A stretch of DNA of 64,000 nt from Thermoproteota archaeon (GTDB taxonomy: Archaea > Thermoproteota > EX4484-205 > JAAOZP01), in the NCBI GenBank assembly GCA_038850115.1, contig JAWCMB010000001.1, forward strand, positions 8,536 through 72,535, in the 5' to 3' direction. Made by a program: the position numbers and the translations under genes. Positions 56,772 to 64,000 of this stretch are shown piece by piece (positions within the stretch are counted from its first letter, which is position 1; every line of letters starts with the position of its first letter). The notes beneath the pieces are model-generated. The model ran no database searches and was not told the origin of the DNA. It worked only from the letters and a program-made list of their open reading frames with translations.

Positions 56772-57827
56772 ATGTCTGGTAGGCGAATAAGAGTCGCGTT
56801 CATAGGAGTAGGAAACAGTGCCTCAGCAACCATACAAGGCTTATTCTATTATTCTTCTAACCCTGGGAAAGAAGGACTGTGGCACCATACTGTAGGAGGG
56901 TACAGTGTTAGCGAAATCGAGGTTGCAGCAGCCCTAGACATAGATCAGAGAAAAGTGGGGAAAGACGTTTCCGAGGCGATTTTCTCAGAGCCTAACGTCG
57001 TTCCGAAACACTTCACCATACCTAAGACAGGGGTCACGGTGGAGAAGGGGCTGCTGGAGGACGAGCTGAACCCCTACCTCACCTCCACGCTTAAACCCGT
57101 GAAACAGGATAGGGGCAGCATCATCGAATACTTGAAGAAAAACCGTGTGGACATCGCTGTCAACACGATTTCCAGTGGGCTCGACAAGTCTTCCGCAGCG
57201 TACGCTGAAGCAGCATGTGAGGCTGGAGTAAGCTTCGTAAACACCACTCCGACTAGCGTTGCAACAAACCCTGTTCTTGTTGAAAAATTTTCTAGAAGAA
57301 GGCTTATCCTGGTTGGAGACGATCTTATGAGCCAGCTTGGCGGGACAGCGCTTCACAGGGGGCTAGTAGCACTCCTTAAGTCAAGGGGGGTTAAGCCGGT
57401 TAAAAGCTATCAGCTTGACGTGGGCGGTGGACTGGAGACCTTAAACACAATGTACGAGGACCTTAGAGATTTCAAGAAACAGGTTAAAACATCCTCGATA
57501 GTTGAGGAGATTGAAGAGGGTTGGGAGGTCGTGTCTGGAACAACGGACTATGTGGACTTCCTCGGAAACAACAGGGTTACTTACCTCCAGTTCAATGCGA
57601 CCGGTTTCATGGGCAGCGGCTTCACCATAAACGTTAACCTGAGGTCTAATGACGGGGGTAACGCTGGAAACATAATACTGGATGTTGTGAGGGCTATGGC
57701 CAAGGCTAGGGAGGATGGGCTCAGCGGTAACGTGGGCGAGATCTCCAACTACGGTTTTAAGAAGACGCTTGAGAAGAAACGCATAGCAGAGGCCACGATA
57801 GTCTTCGAATCTAAATACTGTCGTTGA
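56772..57827 (+). CDS. myo-Inositol-1-phosphate synthase family protein (short archaeal type)
   Basis: VGDDLMSQLGGT...RGVKPVKSYQLDVGGG parallels the MIPS blocks GDDxKSGQT and AGIKPVSIASYNHLGNNDG. N-terminal Rossmann-like IRVAFIGVGNSAS. Confidence 0.6.
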   Translation: MSGRRIRVAFIGVGNSASATIQGLFYYSSNPGKEGLWHHTVGGYSVSEIEVAAALDIDQRKVGKDVSEAIFSEPNVVPKHFTIPKTGVTVEKGLLEDELNPYLTSTLKPVKQDRGSIIEYLKKNRVDIAVNTISSGLDKSSAAYAEAACEAGVSFVNTTPTSVATNPVLVEKFSRRRLILVGDDLMSQLGGTALHRGLVALLKSRGVKPVKSYQLDVGGGLETLNTMYEDLRDFKKQVKTSSIVEEIEEGWEVVSGTTDYVDFLGNNRVTYLQFNATGFMGSGFTINVNLRSNDGGNAGNIILDVVRAMAKAREDGLSGNVGEISNYGFKKTLEKKRIAEATIVFESKYCR

Positions 57828-57959
57828 GTCAAAGGTTTAGGCAACATCACGACGTTTAATTATTACTTCTCCTAAGCATTTAAGTGCCTCAATCAACGCC
57901 TCCTAGCAGCCATGAGTATTTTGTTTCAAAGGTCTGCTTTAACAATTCTTCTGGCCTAG

Positions 57960-58259
57960 TTATAGCCTTGAAGCGGCACCTACCCCCTTCTCCGTGATAA
58001 CCCTCAGATCTATAGATTTCTCCCCAAGCCTAAGAACCTCTATCCCAACTATTTTCAGGTTCATTTTGAGACCCTTGGAATAAATCATCATCCTCTTGGG
58101 GTTTGAGGGCGAAACCTCCTTAGCCTCCCTGAGGAAAACGTTCAAAGGGATAAGCTCATCCCCCCATTCGACGGCTTTAGCTGGGGAACGGTCGCCGACC
58201 TCGTGAAGCCTAAGGGTCAGCTCAACCTCATACTCCCCGCCAGCCCATCTTTTAAACAT
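57960..58259 (-). CDS. Hypothetical protein (99 aa)
   Basis: ORF only; directly downstream of the GIY-YIG gene in another frame. Confidence 0.3.
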   Translation of the reverse strand: MFKRWAGGEYEVELTLRLHEVGDRSPAKAVEWGDELIPLNVFLREAKEVSPSNPKRMMIYSKGLKMNLKIVGIEVLRLGEKSIDLRVITEKGVGAASRL

Positions 58260-58263
58260 GTGT

Positions 58264-58737
58264 TTAACACTCTGACGAGCTTATTAAATCCTCTCGGCTG
58301 AAAAGCCTAAACCGCAGGCCGCTTCTCCTCATCCCATACGTTATTCTTTCAACCGTCTTCCTTGAGCCCTCCCTGGAAAACAGGAGATGGGAGAAATCAC
58401 CTGGGGAGTCTGTTGCTCCAAACCCTTTAACCACCTTAACGAAACCTAGGGAGGAAAGGATGCGCGTAAGCCTAGACTCCCCGTGTGGGAGGGGAGTGTA
58501 GATAACGCTTTCAACCCTAACACTCCTGAGCCTCGTCAAATGGTCTATGTGCCACCTAGCCCTCTTATTCCTCCTCAAGTGTCTCAAAACCCTTTTCTCA
58601 AAGCCACCCGGCCCCATGGCGGAGCCCACGTAAACATAGCAGCCTTGGGGAAGCCTGACCCTTGGGAGAGAACCCGGTTTAAACCAGATGCTTCTCCCGA
58701 CTGAAACAACGAGAATATAGGATCCTTTCAAAAACAC
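58264..58737 (-). CDS. GIY-YIG-superfamily DUF123-type protein
   Basis: GSYILVVSV...GCYVYVGSA...[19 protein letters not shown] matches the DUF123 pattern (YxL...G.YvYVGSA...R..RH...K.HWHIDYL). Confidence 0.55.
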   Translation of the reverse strand: MFLKGSYILVVSVGRSIWFKPGSLPRVRLPQGCYVYVGSAMGPGGFEKRVLRHLRRNKRARWHIDHLTRLRSVRVESVIYTPLPHGESRLTRILSSLGFVKVVKGFGATDSPGDFSHLLFSREGSRKTVERITYGMRRSGLRFRLFSREDLISSSEC

Positions 58738-58782
58738 CCACCTGAATCAGAATGCTTAAGAAACTCCGGGCTGCTGAGAAAA

Positions 58783-59352
58783 GTGTTGTTGGACGAGAAG
58801 AACGGGGAGCCACAGCTAGACTCCGAGAGGCTCAGGATGATCGAGGTTGCTGCAAACCCGCATAGGATTAGGATAATGATGGAGCTGCTTAACAGGGAGG
58901 GCACGGTGGCATCGCTCTCTAAAGCCCTAGGGTATTCTAGGCAGCTCGTGGACCACCATCTGGAGACATTGGAGAGGAGCGGGCTAGTGCTGAGAAGGAA
59001 GATTGGAAACGTCGAGATGTATATTGCTACGGAGGCCGCGAAGACAATAGTTGCGGAAATACTGAAGATACACTCTGAAATAGGAAAGGCTGAGAAAGGC
59101 GGGACAATACTAGTGACGCATCCTAGAACAGGAAAAACTGAGGAAGGCGAGACGGCTGCAAAGGTTGAGAAGCATGCAGCTACCGCTTTAAGCCCTAGGA
59201 GGCTCATACCCCTAATCATAGGAGTGTCCACAGTACTCGTAGCGTCCGCTGAAGCGATCCGTGCCGGAGTGTACACCTATATTCTCGGAGGAATACTGTT
59301 GGGAACTCTTCTCTATGCGGTGGCTTCAAGGCTCATCCGGCTTCTAGAATAG
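58783..59352 (+). CDS. ArsR-like winged-helix regulator with a C-terminal transmembrane anchor
   Basis: [23 protein letters not shown]...[26 protein letters not shown]-terminal [21 protein letters not shown]...[16 protein letters not shown] hydrophobic stretch. Confidence 0.55.
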   Translation: MLLDEKNGEPQLDSERLRMIEVAANPHRIRIMMELLNREGTVASLSKALGYSRQLVDHHLETLERSGLVLRRKIGNVEMYIATEAAKTIVAEILKIHSEIGKAEKGGTILVTHPRTGKTEEGETAAKVEKHAATALSPRRLIPLIIGVSTVLVASAEAIRAGVYTYILGGILLGTLLYAVASRLIRLLE

Positions 59353-60133
59353 TACACTTAACACTGGCCTCATCCCTGATCATGAGGCTTAAAGCATCCG
59401 GCCCGGTCAGGTTCCCTATCATCACTCTGACACCCTTTTCAGCAGCATGCAAACCTTCCTCAATCTTCCTGTAGATCCCCCCGGTAACGTCGCCCGGCCT
59501 AAGCGAGGCTGTGAGACCCGGCATCATGCTCCTCCTCAAACGCGGAATCAGGCTTGCACTAGGGTCAAGCCTAGGGTCGCCCGTGAAGACACCGTCAACA
59601 TCAGTCCCGTAAACAAGCTTAAAGGCGCCGAGTTTAACAGCGAGAAACGAGGCCAACTGGTCCCCGGAAACTATTGTGAACCTTTTCCCAGAGTAATCCA
59701 TAGCAATGTCCCCGGGGATCAATGGCACGAGGCCTAGGCTGAGCATCATCCTCAGCGGCTCAGTGAAAAAGCTTTCTATCCTGCCTGCTGAGCAGGTCAA
59801 GCAGCTGACAGGCGTCACCGGTACTGCTGGAACACCCTGCGAAGCGAGGCTCGCAAGTATGAGCTGGGTCAGCTCGTTCATCCTTAGCTTAACCCTCGAC
59901 AACCCTATGAGCTGGCCTGGTTGAAGATAACCCTCGGCAACACGATACTCTGAAGCAACCACATGCCCGTACGAGCCTCCGCCGTGGACCAGAATAAGAC
60001 TGTAATCACGGAGGAGCTCTGAAACCTGTTTTGAAACCTGCTCTATCACAGGAATGTTAGGCGTGAAGGGCTCGTCCTTCCTAGTCACCACGCTTCCCCC
60101 TAGCTTAACAATCACCAGAGGCTTCATTTTCAC
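59333..60133 (-). CDS. ipk: Isopentenyl phosphate kinase (amino-acid-kinase fold)
   Basis: [11 protein letters not shown] and VHGGGSYGH signatures. ATGA-coupled to the upstream polyprenyl synthase. Confidence 0.8.
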   Translation of the reverse strand: MKMKPLVIVKLGGSVVTRKDEPFTPNIPVIEQVSKQVSELLRDYSLILVHGGGSYGHVVASEYRVAEGYLQPGQLIGLSRVKLRMNELTQLILASLASQGVPAVPVTPVSCLTCSAGRIESFFTEPLRMMLSLGLVPLIPGDIAMDYSGKRFTIVSGDQLASFLAVKLGAFKLVYGTDVDGVFTGDPRLDPSASLIPRLRRSMMPGLTASLRPGDVTGGIYRKIEEGLHAAEKGVRVMIGNLTGPDALSLMIRDEASVKCTILEAG

Positions 60134-61155
60134 CTGTTCCTGTAAACCACGTAGTCGGCAAGCTCGAACAAGAGCCTCTTAGCCTTAGAATCCGGGAGAA
60201 CGCTGAGCATCGACTTAGCCCTCTCTGAGAAAAGCCAGGCTTCCCTCACGGCATTCTCCCTAACACCGGTCCTAGCCAGGATGCTTAAAGCCTCGTCCAG
60301 ATCCTCCTGGGAAACCTGTTTACTCCTTAAAATACTGAGGAAAAACCTTTTGCTCTCGCCATCCATTCTCTCAAGTCCCCGGAGTATCAGCATGTTCCCA
60401 AGCTTATGCTCCAAAACGTCTTTCCCAACCTGCTTACCCGTTTCAGAGGTTGAGCCGAACAAGTCTAGAAGATCGTCTACAATCTGGAAGGAGATGCCTA
60501 GGTTTAAGCCGAACCCTCTGAATGCTTCAACAACCGTGTCGCCAGCACCGGCTTCCACAGCACCCATCATCGCACTCGCCTCGTAGAGGGAAGAGGTTTT
60601 GCGAACAACCATGTCCACATAGTCGTCGAAACTCACGTTCAGCCTCCTGTGCTCAACAACATACGGGTCGTCCTCCCTCCCAACCTGTTCGAAGAGAACA
60701 TCCAGACGTTCACCCTCAACAAGCCTCATAACGTAATGGTCAACGATGGAGAGGAGCCTGCTGCCATTCTTAGACTTCAGCAAGAGTTCTGAAACAACCT
60801 CCCTGTACTGGACAGCAGCGAGAAGAGCCATTGTTAAACCATACTTCTTCCAAAGGGTAGGCATACCCCTTCTAACCTCACCGTGATCTATGATATCGTC
60901 TATTATCAGAGTATAGTTGTGGATGAGCTCTATGGCTGCTGCAGAGTTCAAAGCATCTTCAGGATCCCCCCCAGCGGCTTCACATGAGAGCATTAATACT
61001 GCTGGTCTAATCCTTTTGCCACCCGCTTTAACAGGGTAAAGCAATACTTCTTGAAACTCGGGCGAAGCGTTATCTGAGAGCGCATCGTAAATCACAGGTT
61101 CAACGCTCCTAGCGATTTCATCAAGCACTTCCGTGAGACCCTGATCCTTTCTCAA
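60130..61155 (-). CDS. Short-chain trans-polyprenyl diphosphate synthase (geranylgeranyl diphosphate synthase-like)
   Basis: FARM LIIDDIIDHGEVRRG and SARM FQIVDDLLD aspartate-rich motifs. Confidence 0.85.
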   Translation of the reverse strand: MRKDQGLTEVLDEIARSVEPVIYDALSDNASPEFQEVLLYPVKAGGKRIRPAVLMLSCEAAGGDPEDALNSAAAIELIHNYTLIIDDIIDHGEVRRGMPTLWKKYGLTMALLAAVQYREVVSELLLKSKNGSRLLSIVDHYVMRLVEGERLDVLFEQVGREDDPYVVEHRRLNVSFDDYVDMVVRKTSSLYEASAMMGAVEAGAGDTVVEAFRGFGLNLGISFQIVDDLLDLFGSTSETGKQVGKDVLEHKLGNMLILRGLERMDGESKRFFLSILRSKQVSQEDLDEALSILARTGVRENAVREAWLFSERAKSMLSVLPDSKAKRLLFELADYVVYRNR

Positions 61156-61239
61156 TATGGAGACATACCCCCGGCGCTATTTAAAAACTCTTAATCATAC
61201 AGCTAAGCTTTTTATCCAAGCCGGAGTCAGGGTTAGTCA

Positions 61240-62202
61240 ATGAATATTGCAGTAGTTACTCCAGGGGGAGACGCGCCCGGCGTAAACTCTGCGATCAGGG
61301 CTGTGGTCAGGTCTGCTGCTTCACAAGGCTTCAAAACGCTTGGTGTTGAAAGGGGATACATGGGTCTAATAGAGAATGCTTTCAGACAGTTGACTCCGAG
61401 GGATGTGAGTGGGATAATAAACACTGGCGGGAGCATTCTGAAGTCCAGCAGGTGTGAGTTTTTCAAGACGCCCGAGGGGTTGGAGAAGGCTTTCGAGAAC
61501 CTTAAGTCTAGAAATGTTGACTGGCTGGTTGCAATAGGCGGAGACGGTTCTCTGAAGGGTGCTAAAGAAGTCAGCGAGGTTAGCGGTATACCCGTCGTTG
61601 TTGTGGCCGCGTCGATCGACAACGATATAGCTGGCGTTGACGAGACCATAGGCTTCGACACTGCTGTCAACACTGCCGTGGAGGCTGTGGACAAGATAAG
61701 GGACACGGCGGTAACGTTCGAGAGGGTTTTCATCGTCGAGGTCATGGGGAGGCAGCGCGGCTTCCTTGCCGTCGACGTAGCCCTGGCTTCAGGCGCTGAG
61801 ATTGCCCTCATACCGGAGCACCCGGTGACCCAAGAGGATGTTGCTCAAAGACTCGTGAAAATGGGTTCCCTCGGTAAGAAGTCTAGCATAATAGTTAAGG
61901 CTGAGGGGGCCATGGGAGACCCGTTTGAAACAGCTTCAAGGCTTAGCAGGCTAACTGGCTACGATTTCAGGGTTACTGTGCTAGGCCATATTCAAAGGGG
62001 TGGAGTCCCATCGGCAAGGTCGAGAACCCTAGCCTGCCTCTTCGGGAATCATGCTGTCAGACTGGTTTCAGAGGGTAAGAGGAACAGGGTTGTAGGCCTG
62101 AAGGATAACAGGGTTGTCGACATCAGCATAATGGACTCGTATAGCAGTATTAAAAAGATGGATGAGGATAAGTATAGGCTGGTCAGCCTGCTTGCAATCT
62201 AA
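61240..62202 (+). CDS. pfkA: 6-phosphofructokinase, PfkA family, second paralogue with ATP-type Gly104 signature
   Basis: PGGDAPGVNSAIR. GGDGS (Gly at position 104-equivalent). AASIDNDI (Ala, not Lys, at the 124-equivalent). Confidence 0.8.
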   Translation: MNIAVVTPGGDAPGVNSAIRAVVRSAASQGFKTLGVERGYMGLIENAFRQLTPRDVSGIINTGGSILKSSRCEFFKTPEGLEKAFENLKSRNVDWLVAIGGDGSLKGAKEVSEVSGIPVVVVAASIDNDIAGVDETIGFDTAVNTAVEAVDKIRDTAVTFERVFIVEVMGRQRGFLAVDVALASGAEIALIPEHPVTQEDVAQRLVKMGSLGKKSSIIVKAEGAMGDPFETASRLSRLTGYDFRVTVLGHIQRGGVPSARSRTLACLFGNHAVRLVSEGKRNRVVGLKDNRVVDISIMDSYSSIKKMDEDKYRLVSLLAI

Positions 62203-62354
62203 GCATTAATGCTGTAACACGTCCCTGTCGAATACAACCCGCATCACGCGGGTGGTTTACAGCTTAGAGGTGACGGAGAAACAAGTGTTTAAAAGCGCGA
62301 TTCCCATTCCTAAGCATTTTTAAAGCATTTAGACAAATGATGATTCGGAAAACG

Positions 62355-62362
62355 TATTTATA
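62355..62362 (+). promoter_or_regulatory. Putative BRE/TATA (aaaacg-TATTTATA) about 35 nt upstream of hypF
   Basis: AT-rich box with a purine-rich 5' flank at the canonical distance for a near-leaderless mRNA. Confidence 0.3.
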
Positions 62363-62393
62363 CCCTGTCAAGGAATGCTTCGGAAAACATTAG

Positions 62394-64000
62394 ATGCCTG
62401 GCCAGAAGTCGGAGGAACTAGTCGCATACCGGATTAACGTAAACGGCATTGTGCAGGGAGTTGGATACAGACCCTTCGTCTACCGTATCGCTAGCAGCCT
62501 CGGCCTTAAGGGCTTCGTCCTTAACTCTGGAAACGGGGTTCTAATAGAGGTTGAAGGAAGGCCTGAGGACTGCTTAAGATTCACAGAGAGGCTTAAGACG
62601 GAGAAGCCCCCCAGAGCGGTTGTTAAAACATTCTCCTGCATGCAGATACCCCTGAGAGGGTACAAAGGGTTCAGAGTTGAGCAGACCCTCAGTGAGGAGG
62701 TTGAAACCCTTTGCCCGCCTGATGTTGCCGTCTGCAAAGATTGTTTAGACGAGTTGTTCAACCCTAAGGACAGGAGGCACCTCTACCCCTTCATAAACTG
62801 CATAAACTGCGGACCACGGTTTACGATACTTGAGAAACTGCCTTACGACAGGGTTAACACAAGCATGAAAACCTTCAAGATGTGCGGTGACTGCGAGAAG
62901 GAGTATTCTGATCCTTCCGACAGGAGGTTTAAGGCTGAGCCAAACGCGTGCAGCAGGTGTGGGCCAAGGGTTAGGCTCTACCATGAGGGTAGGCTGATGA
63001 GGGTTGAAGACCCTGTTTCAGAGGCAGCCAGGCTGATAAACAGGGGATTCATAGTCGCAGTTAAAGGGTATGGAGGGTTTCACCTTGCTTGCGACGCAAC
63101 CAGCAGGAGCAGCGTCACGGAGCTTAGGAGAAGGAAGAGAAGAGGCAACAAGCCTTTCGCAATAATGGTTAAGAGCATCGGGGAGGCGGAGAGGATTGTT
63201 GAGCTTAACGATTCTGAGGAAAAATGGCTCACCCATTATTCCGCTCCGATAATACTCGCGAGAAAGAGGGAGCCGAACCCTGTTGTTGATGAGGTTGCCC
63301 CTGGCATGAAGTACCTCGGGGTCTTACTACCATATACTCCGATACACCATGTTCTCATGAGGAGGGTTGAGCCTCCGGCGATAGTTTTGACGAGCGGAAA
63401 CGTTTCCGAGGAGCCGATAGTTTTCAGGGATGAGGAGGCTTTTGAAAAGTTTAAGGATATGGTTGACTATATTCTCACCTACAACCGTCGGATAGTTAAC
63501 TTCGCCGACGACTCCGTGGGCTTCGTTCAAGAAGGCAAGCTTAGACTCGTCAGGAGGAGCAGGGGCTTCGTCCCTGAGCCTGTTGAGGTTGAGCCTAAAG
63601 TCGATGGCGTGCTCGCGATGGGAGCTGACCTGAACAACACTTTCGCTCTAGCGAAAAAGGGCAGGGTTTTCATGAGCCAGTATATGGGTGACTTGGAGAA
63701 CATGCTCATCAGGAAAAGATATCTAGAGGCTATTAGAAGCATGCGGCGGCTTTTAAACCTGGAGTACAGCAGGATTGCCCACGACCTTCACCCGGCTTAC
63801 TATTCAACCCAGATAGGGATTTCGCTGTACGGGGAGAAAACCGCTGTTCAGCACCATTACGCCCATGTTCTTTCAGCAATGGCTGAAAACAGTATTCTGG
63901 GTTCAGAGGTTTTGGGAATAGCTTTCGACGGAACTGGCTACGGCGAGGACGGGAGCCTCTGGGGATCGGAGTTCCTCGTCGTCAGGAAGGAGGAATACGT
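62394..64000 (+). CDS. hypF: [NiFe]-hydrogenase maturation carbamoyltransferase HypF (N-terminal ~535 aa; runs off the window end)
   Basis: Acylphosphatase start VNGIVQGVGYRPFV. Two CxxC-x18-CxxC zinc fingers (CKDCLDEL...CINCGPRF; CGDCEKEY...CSRCGPR). YrdC-like VKGYGGFHLACDA. Not in the ORF track because it is truncated. Confidence 0.85.
   Translation, partial: MPGQKSEELVAYRINVNGIVQGVGYRPFVYRIASSLGLKGFVLNSGNGVLIEVEGRPEDCLRFTERLKTEKPPRAVVKTFSCMQIPLRGYKGFRVEQTLSEEVETLCPPDVAVCKDCLDELFNPKDRRHLYPFINCINCGPRFTILEKLPYDRVNTSMKTFKMCGDCEKEYSDPSDRRFKAEPNACSRCGPRVRLYHEGRLMRVEDPVSEAARLINRGFIVAVKGYGGFHLACDATSRSSVTELRRRKRRGNKPFAIMVKSIGEAERIVELNDSEEKWLTHYSAPIILARKREPNPVVDEVAPGMKYLGVLLPYTPIHHVLMRRVEPPAIVLTSGNVSEEPIVFRDEEAFEKFKDMVDYILTYNRRIVNFADDSVGFVQEGKLRLVRRSRGFVPEPVEVEPKVDGVLAMGADLNNTFALAKKGRVFMSQYMGDLENMLIRKRYLEAIRSMRRLLNLEYSRIAHDLHPAYYSTQIGISLYGEKTAVQHHYAHVLSAMAENSILGSEVLGIAFDGTGYGEDGSLWGSEFLVVRKEEY

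Noticed and set aside
58728-59276. 182-aa minus-strand ORF
   Set aside because: Antisense to the ArsR-like membrane-anchored regulator; the sense frame has a convincing HTH.
61233-61811. 192-aa minus-strand ORF
   Set aside because: Antisense to pfkA2 (GGDAPG / GGDGS / IDNDI motifs on the plus strand).
1-64000. CRISPR arrays, cas genes, rRNA, IS elements or integrases
   Set aside because: No regularly spaced direct repeats, no transposase or integrase-like ORFs, and no rRNA-like conserved stretches were seen. The region looks like core chromosome.

Overview
This 64 kb window reads as chromosomal DNA from a (hyper)thermophilic crenarchaeon. Archaeal-type PGK, Clp1 kinase, isopentenyl-phosphate kinase, GGPP synthase, a crenarchaeal-type SSB with a Gly/Arg tail and a Thermoproteus-like PPi-PFK point to Thermoproteales/Thermofilum, but no search was run. 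Gene density is high, with many ATGA start/stop overlaps.

Content from left to right:
- Two tandem, same-strand oligopeptide/dipeptide ABC transporter operons (SBP-permease-permease-ATPase-ATPase; the first runs off the window start).
- An MBL-fold hydrolase and an ArsR regulator.
- A five-gene HoxEFUYH-like (group 3d-like) [NiFe]-hydrogenase operon, divergent from a four-gene HydBGDA sulfhydrogenase (group 3b) operon, with a maturation endopeptidase next to it and a partial hypF at the window end.
- Galactokinase and a GalE-like epimerase; ThiI; AlaX-like editing protein; a divergent NifS-like protein with an RnfB-type Fe-S domain protein.
- A large surface-protein locus: a secreted Zn-phospholipase-C/P1-like domain ORF, then an 854-aa repeat-rich C-terminally anchored protein, then a 437-aa coiled-coil/Pro-rich ORF. 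The last two are almost certainly one gene interrupted at a T4/A4 homopolymer.
- PGK; AMP-forming acetyl-CoA synthetase with an MFS transporter; serine hydroxymethyltransferase; Clp1-like kinase; a PPi-type PfkA.
- A translationally coupled three-gene module: 4-TM membrane protein, HerA/DUF87-like protein with a degenerate P-loop, KaiC/RadA-like ATPase. This is the best candidate in the window for an undescribed system.
- A processive GT2 glycosyltransferase, AMMECR1, SSB, and three stand-alone RAM-domain (Lrp/AsnC C-terminal) mini-proteins.
- An AP-superfamily phosphodiesterase, a HAD phosphatase, myo-inositol-1-phosphate synthase, a GIY-YIG/DUF123 protein, a membrane-anchored ArsR-like regulator, IPK with GGPP synthase, an ATP-type PfkA paralog, and partial HypF.

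I saw no CRISPR array, rRNA or convincing tRNA. Nothing was run against a database; all calls rest on motifs read directly from the six-frame translations.
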